NCBI GenBank assembly: GCA_964016885.1
Contig: OZ024747.1
Span: 58,280,001 to 58,344,000 of the forward strand
Direction of reading: 5' to 3'
DNA length: 64,000 nt
Source: Eledone cirrhosa
Lineage: Eukaryota
Shown: piece after piece, positions 29,351-44,314 of the stretch
How the letters are laid out: each line of letters opens with the position of its first letter
Numbering within the stretch: the first letter of the stretch is position 1
Position numbers and translations under genes: made by a program
Notes under the pieces: generated by a model
Databases searched by the model: none
The model's input: only the letters and a program-made list of their open reading frames with translations
Told to the model about the DNA's origin: nothing

Positions 29351-29584
29351 ATTGAAGGTGGAAAACTGGGAGAGGGCACTTGCCTTGGTGGTCATGGTCA
29401 CTGTGGCCTTTTACTGGGCTTTCTCCACAAATGTCCCTCCGAAGTCTCCCCCCTATTGTAGAATGTTTCATTGTTATTTTTTGTTACATCCTCTGTTTTT
29501 GTTTTTTACACGCAGAAATGCCCATTTGTACCGTCCTGTATTGTCCTGCACTGTCCTTAATGTCTATTTTATGTAAACCCTACA

Positions 29585-29623
<39 letters not shown>

Positions 29624-31375
29624 TATTCCATATGTATACTGTGTCAATTGAATAGATTTCCAATATCTTGAGGTATTCGTGACAAAAACATCATTTCTTT
29701 TTTGATAACCAAAACCTTGTTTGTATTACTTATTTCTTTGTTTTTTTTTTAAAGAACTATCTATGTTTTTGTAGTGGTTACGGAGCTGTCGGTGTTGTTA
29801 TAGTCATTTTTTGTTTATCATCATTGTCATCATATTCATTCTGGACTCAAATGCTTCTGTTTGTCTTAAAAGTATATGGAACACTATAAACCAATGACAG
29901 ATATATGTGTGAGGAGGGAAATGGCATTCATATAATCAACGGTCAAATATTAAATAAAAATCGACATTTTGTAGAGATCGAAATAAACAGTCAAACGGGG
30001 AGGTAATCGGAAATTATCTTCGAATCTGAATTCAGTAAGAAAATACAGGAATTTAGAGAACAGAAAAAAATAAACTTCGTAAACTATAAATTTTAATGTG
30101 TTTTTTTCTAAAACAAATTTTCCATCTGAGGTGAATATCAACAACTAAGATACTGTCCCACAAAACCCATGAATAGGCTGTTAATTTCCGGTTTGAGGCG
30201 CTAGATGAAAAATATTTTCGCAGGCAACTGTCTTGCGATCGGTTTAATTTAGTTTTATTTTCCTGAGGAAATTGTTGAGAAAAATATAAATGAAAATAAA
30301 ATAAATAAATGAATGAATGAATAAAAATAAATAAATAAATAAATGTGGTTACTAATACAGAGTCTCAGTATATCGCTAGTTTCTGACAGAATTAATTTAA
30401 CATTCAACATTTCTTCAAGCATATGTTGCATGCATGCTTACAATTATAGATTTATAAGAATACACATATATATATACATACACACTCATACTCATCGACA
30501 CAAATACACACACAAATATATATATATACATACACAAACATATATATATATGTATATCCATGTATATATATTGTATATGTACATATACAATTGAATGTGC
30601 ATTTAGGTATCTACAATATATATATATATATATGCATGTGTATGCTCACGCTTGCCTGCTTCAATGTGTGCATGAAAGTCTTATATTTAAAACATGATTG
30701 TATTTTATTTTCATATATTGTCTTAAGAAGTCTCTGTTTTATTGTATTCGTTTTTCGATATAATTAATTCGCAAGATTATCTTTCCTAAATATACGTGTG
30801 TATTGAAATTTGAAAGATGTTATGGTTCCAGCAACAGGAAGTGAATGGTCTTACTTGTGGAGTCACGGGATCAGTGTGAGTTGTGAAGTACCATGGGAAT
30901 GAGGGTCGCCTGTTTGCTATTTACACTTCCCTTGTATCATGACGGTTATTATAATTGGTTTCACGTGCAGGGTCGGATTTTATGTGAAGAAAAGGGGGCA
31001 TTTGGCCCTGGCCCCCTACAGTGAGTGAGGGGAGAGGCAGCAGCAACGGCTGAAGCAATTTATTTGTGCCCTCAGCTGCGCTTTTTAAATTTAGTATTGT
31101 TAGAAATGTTGAATTTAATACTTGTATGTACAACTTTTCGAATTTACAATTGGGGTTTTGCTGTGTATGAGAGTAACCTGAGCCATGAAGCGCCCCGGGC
31201 GCTCCAATGTCTAAATTCACACTGTTCACGTATTCTTAAACTGTGCGAGAAGTTTTGACCCATATTGAGATATTAGAAAATCTTCTAGAACCGTTAATAA
31301 TATCACTAACGTCAGAATATCAAACTAGTTAAGCTGATCAATATTTTATCAGTCCCCAAAGACACTATATATTAA

Positions 31376-31556
31376 TAATTGTTTCTACTTTAGGCACAAG
31401 GCCAGCAATTACCCGGTGCATTACTGGTACTTTATTTTATCGACCCCGTAAGGATGAAAGGCAAAGTCAACCTCGGCGGGATTTGAACTCAGATCGTAAA
31501 GGGACGAAACTATGCTGGAAAGCATGACGTCCGACCCCCTATCGATACTGCCAAAT
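31376..31556 (-). mobile_element. Meta-domain tRNA SINE
   Basis: Matches the family consensus. Confidence 0.9.
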
Positions 31557-31633
31557 GGTCTCTGATTAAGCGGGGGAAGGTAAATTCGATTTAATCCACC
31601 CCAATGTGCTACCATTGTGTCATTCATCGACCC

Positions 31634-31898
31634 GGATTTGAGCTCAGAACGCATAGGCACACAAATATATGACTCACAGCCTCGACGGGATTTGAGCTCA
31701 GAACGCATAGTCACATAAATATATGACTCACAGCCTCGACGGGATTTGAGCTCAGAACGCATAGGCACACAAATATATGACTCACAGCCTCGACGGGATT
31801 TGAGCTCAGAACGCATAGTCACATAAATATATGACTCACAGCCTCGACGGGATTTGAGCTCAGAACGCATAGTCACATGAATATATGGCTCACAGCCT
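31634..31898. repeat. 54-bp tandem repeat, about 5 copies, derived from a SINE head
   Basis: ggatttgagctcagaacgcatag(g/t)caca(c/t)aaatatatgactcacagcctcgacg; variants alternate A-B-A-B-B'. Confidence 0.9.
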
Positions 31899-32148
31899 GT
31901 CGTCTGTAGACTTCACCAATACTCCGCGCATAATTAGAAGGAGATTATATCTGTCTATGTACTTTCGTATTGAGACAAAATCGATAGATATGTTTTGTAA
32001 TGCATTATACCATTAAAGCAAATTATTATCAAAGAATGATTTATTCCGTGTTAGTGTTCACGTGGGTGAGTAGGTGTGCAGGTCAAAGGCCGTGTGTCTG
32101 AGAAGCACTTGATAGCCCAAATTCTGAAACTCGTAATGATGTTATTTG

Positions 32149-32246
<98 letters not shown>

Positions 32247-32388
32247 TGTATATATACACATACATATATAGATGTGAATATATTAATATATATATATATA
32301 ATATAAATAGATAATATATAATATATATTATATCTATATATACATAAATAAATGTATATATACGTATACATAAATAGCATATATAGAC

Positions 32389-32445
<57 letters not shown>

Positions 32446-32455
32446 ACATACATTC

Positions 32456-32488
<33 letters not shown>

Positions 32489-32839
32489 TATATACATATA
32501 TATATTCGTTATTGAATTTTCAGGAACCCCATGATATATATTTAGAAATAATTTTTTTTTTCTGTTCACACTCATCAATTTCTATTGTTAATCTCTAAAC
32601 ACCATATTTATCACTTCACTCCCTTAATTCATTCTCTTAGTACTACGTATATGTGTAGCTACCCATGAGTGTAACTATGACTACGTGTGTGGTTTTATGT
32701 GTCTATCCTTATCTTAAGATTAATTTCTTTCAATGAGACAATGACTACGCTAATACTTTTATATACACGGCACGTTTATGATGCATTGTTATAAAGAATG
32801 CGTATCCTTTCCAATTACTATGTAATACATGCATTCGTA

Positions 32840-33484
<645 letters not shown>

Positions 33485-33929
33485 CCATTCGCCAACGTAA
33501 CAATAGGACCCTTACTAAAGAATGGAAGATACTAACAGCCACAACAACGACAATAACAACAACAACAGCAACTAAAAGTGATAGAAAACAACATTAACTA
33601 ATCTATAAAGACTCAAGAGAGACACCAGAATGGATGGTGACGGAAATAAAGCAGCAGTGATAAAGGAAACTATATAATCTAAGGATGATGAATAATGAAA
33701 CGAAGAACTCATTAGAATGTAAGAAAATACTGGGAAGGCGACACACTCTTAATCCATCAATCTACCGTCTTGATCTCTTAACAACTCACACGTGTCGTAT
33801 TTGTATTAGATGGTTTGTATCTTTCTCCCCAAACTATACTACATATTATCATTTGTGAGTATGTGCTAAGACATATTACATTCATTACATTCATATCTCG
33901 CTTAGCACGCACAAGCCTTCGATATATAT

Positions 33930-34115
33930 ATAATTGTTTCTACTTTTGGCACAAGGCCAGCAATTAACCAGTGCATTACTGGTACTTTATTTTATCGACC
34001 CCGTAAGGATGAAAGGCAAAGTTAACCTCGGCGGGATTTGAACTCAGATTATAAAGGGCCGTAACTCTTTGATGCAAAGCATGGCGTCCGACTCTCTACC
34101 GATACTGCCAATCCA
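33930..34115 (-). mobile_element. Meta-domain tRNA SINE
   Basis: Matches the family consensus; inserted in a TA repeat. Confidence 0.9.
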
Positions 34116-34369
34116 CAACATATATATATATATATTTGCTTAAAGCTTTCTCTGTTAATGTATTAAGTATGTATATATATATATATATACATATACACAC
34201 ATACACATATATACATATATACACACACATATATATATACACATATATATATACACAATATTCACATATATACATATATCTATATATATATATATGTGTG
34301 TGTGTGTGCGTGTGTGTTTATTATATTCATATATACATATGTGCAAGTGTGTGTATATTTATATGCACA

Positions 34370-34427
<58 letters not shown>

Positions 34428-34544
34428 TGGGTGCAGTACCGATACATATCACGTGATGACTCCAAATGTCCTAAATACGTTAGTGGAATATGAGCAGCGT
34501 TATTTCATATATATATATATATATATGTGTGTACGTGTGTGGGA

Positions 34545-34735
34545 GGGGGTAACCCGGGTTCAATCGGGGATAACCAAAGTAAGTAAGGTACTCAATACAT
34601 AGCAGAGTATAAATCTTTAATATAGAAATGGCTTCTACAGATTAGAACTATTTCATTCGAGAAAAATCGTCAGGAAAGAGCTATCGTGATGATTTTCCTC
34701 CAATGAAGCATTTCTAGTCCTGTAGAAGCCATTTC
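34545..34735 (-). mobile_element. Fold-back PLE terminal repeat with hammerhead core
   Basis: Minus strand CTGACGA..GAAA at 34651-34673; inverted arms gaaatggcttctacag / ctgtagaagccatttc. Confidence 0.6.
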
Positions 34736-35328
34736 ACACGTGCTTTCCACCACATATTTACACCCTCAGCCTCCTGATTCCTCTCCCCCCACCCCTATAT
34801 CCACACACGCACAGGCACTCCGACCCCCCCCCCGACCTCTTCCTGAACATGCAACCCCGTTCTTCCCCCAACCCTTATTTTCACATACACACACACACAC
34901 ACACGTACACCTACACACACACACCACCTTCAGCCCTCCCCGCTCGGACACTCCGTCTCCCTCTCCCCACTCCACCGGCCACCACCCCTACACACACCAC
35001 ACACTTCCACCACCTGTTTTACCCCTTTTTAATTTCAGTTTATTTTGATCATGCTTTTATATTTATTTTTATTTCATTCCTTTTATTTTGATCATGCTTT
35101 ATTTTTATTTTTATTTTTAATTTCATTCGCACCGTTTCCTTTCGCTATATGTCTCTCCACCACTCCCCTACACACCCTTTGAACTCTCTTCCCACACACT
35201 TCTTACCTGAGGAAGGGCTTATGCCCGAATCGTCGTTCCCCACCACCACCCCACTCTCCAGAGCGTGAAATTAATAAACATTCGTTGTACTGCCTCTCTG
35301 TTTTGTTCCTATTCAAATTTTTCCATTA
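34736..35328 (+). mobile_element. PLE terminal repeat with hammerhead-like CTGAGGA-gggc..gccc-GAA (35207-35229)
   Basis: Pyrimidine-rich body, AATAAA, ends in (TA)n; 3' end repeated in inverted form at 1922-2014. Confidence 0.6.
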
Positions 35329-35448
35329 TATATATATATATATATATAACATTATATAAATTGCATATACAGATGGAAATATTCGATTAAGTTATGATAA
35401 ATAATCTCATGCATATTTACTATATCTGTAAACATCATTGATAGTTAG

Positions 35449-35633
35449 TAATTGTTTCTACTATAGGCACAAGGCCAACAATTACCCAGTACATTACTGG
35501 TACTTTATTTTATCGACCCCGTAAGGATGAAAGGCAAAGTTAACCTCGGCTGGATTTGAACTCAGACCGTAAAGGGACGTAACTGTGCTGCAAAGCATGG
35601 CGTCTGACCCTCTACCGATACTGACAATCCACC
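35449..35633 (-). mobile_element. Meta-domain tRNA SINE
   Basis: TSD catcattga(t/a)agtta(g/a)taat. Confidence 0.9.
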
Positions 35634-36169
35634 ATCATTGAAAGTTAATAATTTTGATTTTTTGTAACTTAATATTGAATATATTTATTAATTTAACTAT
35701 GCTCCTGATTATCATTGAAAATATTTTATATTGTTTAATTTTGATATAATATAATAGTATAATTTGCTCAAATATAACCAAATACAATAGATTAAAAATT
35801 TCACGATATTTAATTGGTCGCTTCTACCTGACTTAATATTTGAAAAAAACTGTCACGCATCATGTCCCTTCTTCTTTCTTTATTTTCATTTCTTTTCCTT
35901 TACAGTTATATATTCCATTCTCTATTATATCTTTTTCTCCTTCCTTTTACTTCATCTATTTAGTTTCTTCCCTCCTTTCTTATATTTAGCACACTCTCTC
36001 TCTTTTGTTTTTTCTCTAACACAGATATTTATGGGTTATTTATGTCTTCTATATTTTATCATACTCACCCCTCCTACAACTCGTAGACCACTACTTATCC
36101 CTCTCCCCATCACATTTAGTTTGTCATGTTATTACTTGTGGTATATAAATATTGGGTTTTGTTGTAATA

Positions 36170-36320
36170 AATCACTGCCAAGACTGAAATTAAACATCAA
36201 TTCATATATTTTATCTGTTGAGGACGTACTGAAAAAACAGCACAGTACCTCCGAAATATATATAATAAAACATATATTTTGATTATGTAAATGTCTCCAT
36301 TTATTAATATTTTTAATAAT
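36170..36320 (+). mobile_element. PLE terminal repeat with minimal hammerhead (mutated core CTGTTGA at 36215)
   Basis: Homologous to 58985-59157. Confidence 0.6.
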
Positions 36321-36915
36321 ATATATATATATTATATATATACATCTATACATGTATATATAGGGAGACAAAGTGTGAGAGAGAATAGCGCGTGATTGTC
36401 AAATCAGTCCGACGAAACTGTGTACATTTTGTCTTCCCATTGACGATACAGACTGTCTGCTGCAAATCCTGGACGATGCGGCACCGCTTTTAATGGTGAC
36501 AGGAGCTTAATTTGAAAGTAGAGCGGAGCCAAACTGAACAGACACCGCAATCTATTTGATACATCCTTTAAAACTGTCGCTTATTAACTGGGCTTTATTT
36601 TATTGAGCCCGAATGGATATAAGGCTAATTTAATAACGGCCAGATCCGAATTTAGAATGCTAATAGAAATACATTTTCAGGTGGTATAACTTAAAACATA
36701 TTTTTATACAGAAGCTGTCAGGGTCATTGTAGATGGGATGAATGAATTCATTAAACGCCAAGGGCATCACTGACCTACTCTTGTGAACAGCTTCTCCTAC
36801 TAGAGAATATAAACTTTCAATGTCGCCCTTAATATTTATTATTCATGCTCACCATACTCCATGTTTAAACTGTATTTCATGAAAAAGTGATGGCCTCCAG
36901 AGATTGCAAGATGCA

Positions 36916-36917
<2 letters not shown>

Positions 36918-37005
<88 letters not shown>

Positions 37006-37080
37006 TCTCTCTCTCTATCTCTCTCTCTCCATCTCTCTCTCTCTCTATCCTTCTCTCTCTCTCCCCGTCTCTCTCTCACT
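36918..37080. repeat. (CT)n microsatellite
   Basis: Direct inspection. Confidence 0.95.
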
Positions 37081-37100
37081 CTTTGTATATACACACACAC

Positions 37101-37141
<41 letters not shown>

Positions 37142-37154
37142 ATACACACACATG

Positions 37155-37200
<46 letters not shown>

Positions 37201-37637
37201 GTATGTGTGTGAGTTAGACTCTGTGTGTGTGCTTTGGCTGTATATATTACTCTGTCACGCGTATTGTTAGATGATATGATTAATTTATTAATAAAAGCAG
37301 GTGAAATAGGTAAGATGTTATTGAAGTGATAACCAAAGAGAATATGTTATTATTTTGTATAATTATTGGATTTATCATCGATTTTCCAAATTACAATCAC
37401 CTGATATTGGTGACAACATGAGAGATATTCGTGTGAAATATCTATTATCTCTCTACTTAATTATATATGGCATCATTGAACGGTAAATTCTGTAGAATTA
37501 CTGTTGTGTTAAGTGTTGAGAGAGAGAGCAGGAAAAATTGAAACTCTGGTTACATATGTGAATCGTAGAAAATGGTTGAATATTCTTGAAAATATTATTG
37601 AATATTCTATGAAGTAGTTAAAATCTATTATTGATCA

Positions 37638-37821
37638 CGGTGGATTGGCAGTATCGGTAGAGGGTCGGACGCCATGCTTTGACGCATACAGTTACGGCCC
37701 TTGTCATTCTGAGTTCAAATCCCGCCGAGGTTAACTTTGGCGTTCATCCTTACGAGGTCGATAAAATAAAGTACCAGTAATACACTGGGTGATTTGCTGG
37801 CCTTGTGCCAAAAGTAGAAAC

Positions 37822-37826
<5 letters not shown>
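37638..37826 (+). mobile_element. Meta-domain tRNA SINE
   Basis: Matches the family consensus. Confidence 0.9.
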
Positions 37827-37870
<44 letters not shown>

Positions 37871-38635
37871 CGTGTGTATATATATATTTAATTATTTATA
37901 AATATATATTGGAGGGGATTATGTGAGTGTGTATATGTATATATATATATATATGTGTGTATATATATATATATATGCGTGTGTGTGTGCGTGGGTGTGT
38001 GTGGGTGAGTCTATGTGTGTATGTGCGTGATTTTGTCTACGTGAGTGTGTGCGTGTTTTGTCTACGTGAGTGTGTATGTATATATATAGTTTATATATTT
38101 CTCTGTCTGTATATATATATAGAGAGAGGGGGGAGGGGGGCGGTGACAGGGAAAGTGAATGAGAGAGAGGGGGGGAGGGAGGAACGTGTGTTTCCGAATG
38201 CGTTTGCTGAATGGTATATGTGAGTGTATGTCTGTGTGTCTTTATGTTGGTCTAATGGTGTGAAATGTTGTCGTTACATTACGAAGCTACCTTTGATTAA
38301 GCAGATCATTTATAATGAATTTCACCTTTTATGTCTGTGGGTTTTAATGGTTTATAATTAATAAATATCTGATATCGAATACTAAGTCGGTAGAGTGTGT
38401 AAGGAAATGTCTACAATTCCTGTAACCTTAAACAAATTAGGATTAAGTAGTTATTATCTTTTATATTAATGGAATTAATAAATAAAACATTTATATTGTC
38501 TCTTCTCTTAAGACTAGAAAGAAATAAACCTCAATATAATTCACTCACTAAATATTCGAATCAGATTAAGACATTATAAAGTATATATAATTTGGTTGTC
38601 GATCAGAGAAGGCAACTCTTATATTAATTTTAGAT

Positions 38636-38822
38636 GGTGGATTGGCAGTATCGGTAGAGGGTCTGACGCCATGATTTGACGCATAGAGTTACGTCCCTTG
38701 CCATTCTGAGCTCAAATCCCGCTGAGGTTAACTTTGCCTTTCATCCTTACAGGGTCGATCAAATAAAGTACCAGTAATGCACTGGGTAATTGCTGGCATT
38801 GTGCCAAATGTAGAACCAATTA
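38636..38822 (+). mobile_element. Meta-domain tRNA SINE
   Basis: TSD ttatattaattttag. Confidence 0.9.
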
Positions 38823-39292
38823 TATTAATTTTAGTGCAGCTCATATGTTTCAGAAATTAAATCAAATTAACAGCTCGCACCTTTGCAAAAATAGCTGGTC
38901 TCCTAAGATTTTACATCTCATCAGAGGTTTCTCAGCTATTTTAATGATAGTGTTCTCAGTCTTATCGTATAAAGCAGCGTGAGATGAAACAAACGACTTT
39001 CTGAATAACGCGATTCGCTGCCATAACATTATGATTGAGAATCTAACTCCCTAATCTGTAGACAACGTAGTTCGGGTGTTTCGCTTACTCTAAGTAAATA
39101 CTCAGTGTGATGTAATATACAAATATTTTCTAAGAAATACATTATATATGTGTTTTGTGTGTGCGTGTGTGTTTATGAGAGAGAGAGTGAGTGAGAGAGA
39201 GAGAGAGAGATAAAGAGAGAATCACGACAGTCTTCTGCAGCGTTCCTCTATACCATATATCACACTAAAAAGATTGGCACGCATGTATATAC

Positions 39293-39379
<87 letters not shown>

Positions 39380-39793
39380 AATATAAATTAGCGAGAATCG
39401 TATTTCAGCTCAGGAATTAACGAAAATCAATGTCCGATATGTGTGGCAAGCGCTCGATGAATCATATGAATCAGAGCTACAACATACGTTAAGGGCCAAA
39501 CACACTGAGTTGATGGTTAAACAGATCATCCGCACAGCCAAAACAAACGACCAAGTAATTCGGGTCAAACAATAAAAATATATGTGTTGATAATTTACCC
39601 GGACCCTGGACTGATGGTAAAATCCAGTATTGGTTTCTGCGACTCCAAAATCAGGTACTGTCCGCCTACATAAAGAATGTTGGGCTTCTGGTAAGATGAT
39701 TGAACAAGGAAGCCGCGTTATCAACGCGTTTTTGCTCCAAAATGCTATAGATAAGTGTGGCTATTACTGACCCCACGTGAGGTTCAGCATGGG

Positions 39794-39842
<49 letters not shown>

Positions 39843-39845
<3 letters not shown>

Positions 39846-40051
39846 CGAAGGAAATGTGGTAACGAACCAGATGGACCATAACGCACCAAAGTACTCAATA
39901 CTTAGGGTAGTAGAGTGGGTAATAGGAACTAGAGTGGGTAATAGGAACAAGTAAGACCCCGATGGCTGAGCTCAAGCCGTTTCGGCGGCTAATTCAGTCC
40001 AGAATTAGCCGTCGAAACGGCTTGAGCTCAGCCGTCGGGGTCTTACTTGTT

Positions 40052-40054
<3 letters not shown>
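39843..40054. mobile_element. Fold-back PLE terminal-repeat cassette, copy 2 of 3
   Basis: Near-perfect inverted arms of ~53 bp centred on ~39998; (TA)n on both sides. Confidence 0.7.
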
Positions 40055-40134
<80 letters not shown>

Positions 40135-40959
40135 ATATATATACATTTAGTAATTGTAATTGTAATAATCTCTCATTTTCGGCAGGCTGAGTGCTAAACT
40201 ATATTTATGATACACCGAGTTATTATAAGTCAATAAACTCACTGGTGTAATAGAATATTCCCTCCTGTGTTACTATAGTTATTTGCCGATCAAGTCAACT
40301 GTTACTGTGGCCGAGTGAGTGGGATACCACTGTGCACTGGCCTTCCCACTATAAACCTTTCCCGGACAGGTTTCTTCTTTAGCGTGCACTCCCAAAGCCC
40401 TGCGGCGATGGGTGAGGGTTGGAGGTAACCTCCGATCTCTTCCCTGCTCCCACTGTCCCCCGACTTGCGAGTGAAGGATCGGCCTCCACAGCCCACGGCA
40501 GACGGGAACAACGATGAAGAAGATGTCATCATCGTTTACGATGGACAACCAAGAGATACTGGTAATAATTATAAATACGTAACCACTACGGCTTTGTTTT
40601 GTCTAAATATTTCAATTATTTGGTCTCATGTTTTTCTGGTTGGAGGTGGGGGAACGTGGTTACGTGTCGGTTGTAGCTGACATTTGCAGGCTCTGTGTTT
40701 ATCTCTATTAATATATTAAGGTTGACCTACATATATTAAGAAAAGGAAGAGACTGCATCACACATTCAACATCACTATATTCTTTTAAATCATCTCATGA
40801 TGTTCATTTTGAAGATGCTGGAATATTGCATATAAAGAAAGTCTTCCTGTATTGATATGCCTGCGCGGATAAATATGTTTACATTACAGCTTTCGGCAAG
40901 CATATGTCCATACCAAGTACAGGAGTGGTAGATCAGTGGACACACACACACACACACAC

Positions 40960-41007
<48 letters not shown>

Positions 41008-41087
41008 ATAAATGAAGTAATTCCGTCGGAAAAGTCCAGGAAAAAAGAGTGCTCTATGTAGGTAACAGAGCTTAATAGTTAATATGA

Positions 41088-41124
<37 letters not shown>

Positions 41125-41576
41125 GGCTGGCCATATATTGAGTAGCATGAATCAACTGACCTAGTTATTCCAAATATTGTTGCCACCAATATAACCTCCC
41201 TTCTATCATGTCCACTGATCTACCGCTATATTATATATATATATATATTAATTGCTATAAAAGTATTGCTATAAGTTGTCTCTTACTCCAGGGACACCAC
41301 TTTGTCTTGCGTTAGATGCTGTGACTCCGGTTGGACCAGTAGTACCGTTGGTAGGGTCGAATCTACCTAGGGGCATCTCATCGCCTGAAGACTCTGGAGT
41401 TCTATCTCTTTCGTTTGTATTTTTATTTTATTTCCAAAAAATATTTTTAAACGACTTCTGTTCAAATAATTGTCTTTCGTTTTGACTTGTTTTCGTTCGT
41501 TGTTTTGTCTTCTCTTCGTTACTTTTCCTATGTTCATATACATATATATATATACATTTACAAACACACACACACG

Positions 41577-41631
<55 letters not shown>

Positions 41632-42951
41632 ATACTTACAAACGTGAGTGGGTGCTGTGTGGGTGTGCGTGTGTGTGTATAAACCCCCATCATCTTTTTT
41701 TATATAGAGATATGTCAATGTACATGTGCAGAATACGTAATTTTCACAACAGTTGTATTGTGTATAAGAATGGCAAAGTTTTGATATAGTGTACGTACAT
41801 CTCCCGTAGAAAACAATTGTAGCTGTCGTGACAAATGGACTTATACATTCGTGGAATTTAAGTGAAATAACGAAACACGGGATTAGGTGTTCTGCTGTAA
41901 AAGTACACACTAGGAAGAAACCTGTTGTGGATTTGAACTCGAAATCTCTATCCCAGCATGTCAATATTAAATACGCCCCTCTCTTCAATTTTCCCTTTTT
42001 ATTCTTTATGTCTTCCTTTCCTTCCTTCCTGCACTAGCTCAGCAAAGATAATGCACATGGAAATAGACTTATGAGTGTTGTCACGACAGTTATGTCATTT
42101 AGAATTCTCTTGACAGGCTGAAGCTTTACTATAGATCCTTATTTTGAAAAAGAAAGCCTTTCTTCTTTTGGGATCGCAAAACGAACCGTAACAACGTGTA
42201 ACTGTTATTAGGAAAATCTCCTGTCAGAAACAGAAAGACACAGCGGGATATTAAGATGAGGCAGATGTCACTGACATTATCAATCGAATGAAACTGTCAT
42301 GCCTTTAAGAAAATTCAATCATTTCTATTATTGTTTATTAATTTTTTTATAATTTATATATTTTTCTTTAAACATTATTTTCTATATTCTTCTTTATTCA
42401 GACACGTTACCATATTGTGTATTTATATATGCTTTTATATATCATATTTTTAAAAAAATAATTTCGATATTATAAAACCTGAAAAGTAATATGTATCCGC
42501 TAACACAAAACAGCACACGCACACGCGCGCACGCACACGCACACTCACTATCGAACACACACACACAAACACACGAATAAAAAAAGGTAAGCTGATAAAT
42601 ACACAGGGAAGTAGATATTTGTGGCTGAGTATCTTTTGTAATATTGAGTGTCAAATCCACAGGAATATTTAGAAAAATATTTAACATTTAAATAGATTAT
42701 TCTATAGAATTAAAATTCTAAGGATGCCATTTCTGAACAGTGTCTTAGCAGCAGGTAGATATGGAACTGTTAAATGTGCCAAATGTTAGGAATGCAGAGA
42801 TATTCCATACATGTTCTCACTTCCATTGAAATGTAAGGGTTACAAAAATATTTCAAATGTTCTACTCATAAAACATTGAATTCAAATATAAAAACGTGTT
42901 AAATGTTTACACAAATATTACACATATTAATCCACACACGCATTTATACAT

Positions 42952-43151
<200 letters not shown>

Positions 43152-43695
43152 AACAAATTGACACACATGTATATATATATATATATATATACTAATCTAT
43201 ACATACAGATATCACAAATGCATGGTTAGATATGTACAGAAATACACATACATATAAATATATATATATATACACTAACACATAGGTACTCATACACATA
43301 CGTAGATAGTCACACGGATACACATACACCCTGACGCAATACACACGGTTATAAACACGTATGCATACACATACAGATACGTCTATAACATAAACGCACT
43401 CTAATTATACATATAGGTACACATATACAAGTACACACCTGGATACTGATTTGATATACAAATATTCATACCACACTAATTGAGTATATGTTCTTGCACT
43501 TGCATATACCCTTACGTATATATAGATTACACATAGGCATGCATATATATAGGCAGGTATGCATAGTAATTGCATACACACACCACCATATATTGCAGAT
43601 ACAAATTCTTTCACACAGTTATAAAAGCACATCTGTATAACACATGTATGAAGCATACACTTGTCGCTGCGTAAATTATACTGAAATGCAAATAT

Positions 43696-43873
43696 TTGTT
43701 TCTACTTTAGGCACAAGGCCAGCAAATTACCCAGTTCATTACTGGTACTTTATTTTATCGACCCCGTAAGGAGGAGAGGCAAAGTCAACCTCGGCGGGAT
43801 TTGAACTCAGATCGTAAAGGGACGTAACTATGCTGGAAAGCATGGCGTCCGACCCTCTACCGATACTGCCAAT
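43696..43873 (-). mobile_element. Meta-domain tRNA SINE
   Basis: TSD atgcaaatatt. Confidence 0.9.
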
Positions 43874-44099
43874 CATGCAAATATTGACAGCATATATTAC
43901 ACATATATTCATTAACATATACATTTACACGTATATAAAAAATACACATACACACAAAATAATTACAGAAACACACAGACACACACACACACACATACGC
44001 ACTCATTTATACATATATATGTGTAGAGGTTATATTTAATTTGTTGGTTGCATTTTTTAAGGGTATGTCAATATTTATTTATAAAACTAACCTATATTA

Positions 44100-44165
44100 T
44101 ATTTTATCTGATGAAAGTGCACCATTGTTTACCTTCGTGGCCCTTGAAATATGTATAATGAAATA
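44100..44165 (+). ncRNA. Minimal type I hammerhead ribozyme in a PLE terminal repeat (44021-44208)
   Basis: Stem I tattttat/atgaaata, CTGATGA, imperfect stem II, GAAA, minimal stem III (t-atgt-a), TA cleavage site. Confidence 0.65.
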
Positions 44166-44203
44166 AATATGGTTTTATAAATCTAGTTTCCATTTGTTAA
44201 TAT

Positions 44204-44314
<111 letters not shown>

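Larger units (their letters stand above)
23580..29583 (+). mobile_element. Near full-length Tx1/L1-clade LINE, degenerate
   Basis: Two-ORF layout with 3' UTR and (TTA)n tail at 29586-29622; 5' boundary approximate. Confidence 0.92.
19310..31300 (+). pseudogene. Channel module D (split by SINE/R4/Tx1 insertions)
   Basis: SIAVRFIETW at 19459-19488 (compare IAVHYLKTW); YTQYLQ*LY..STT at ~21230-21290 (pore); FEALDEKYFRRQLS and YFPEEIV at ~30190-30280; VTGSV*VV in the exon starting at 30832; GFAVYESNLSHEAPRALQCLNSHCSRILKL at ~31154-31243 (CNBD). Confidence 0.55.
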
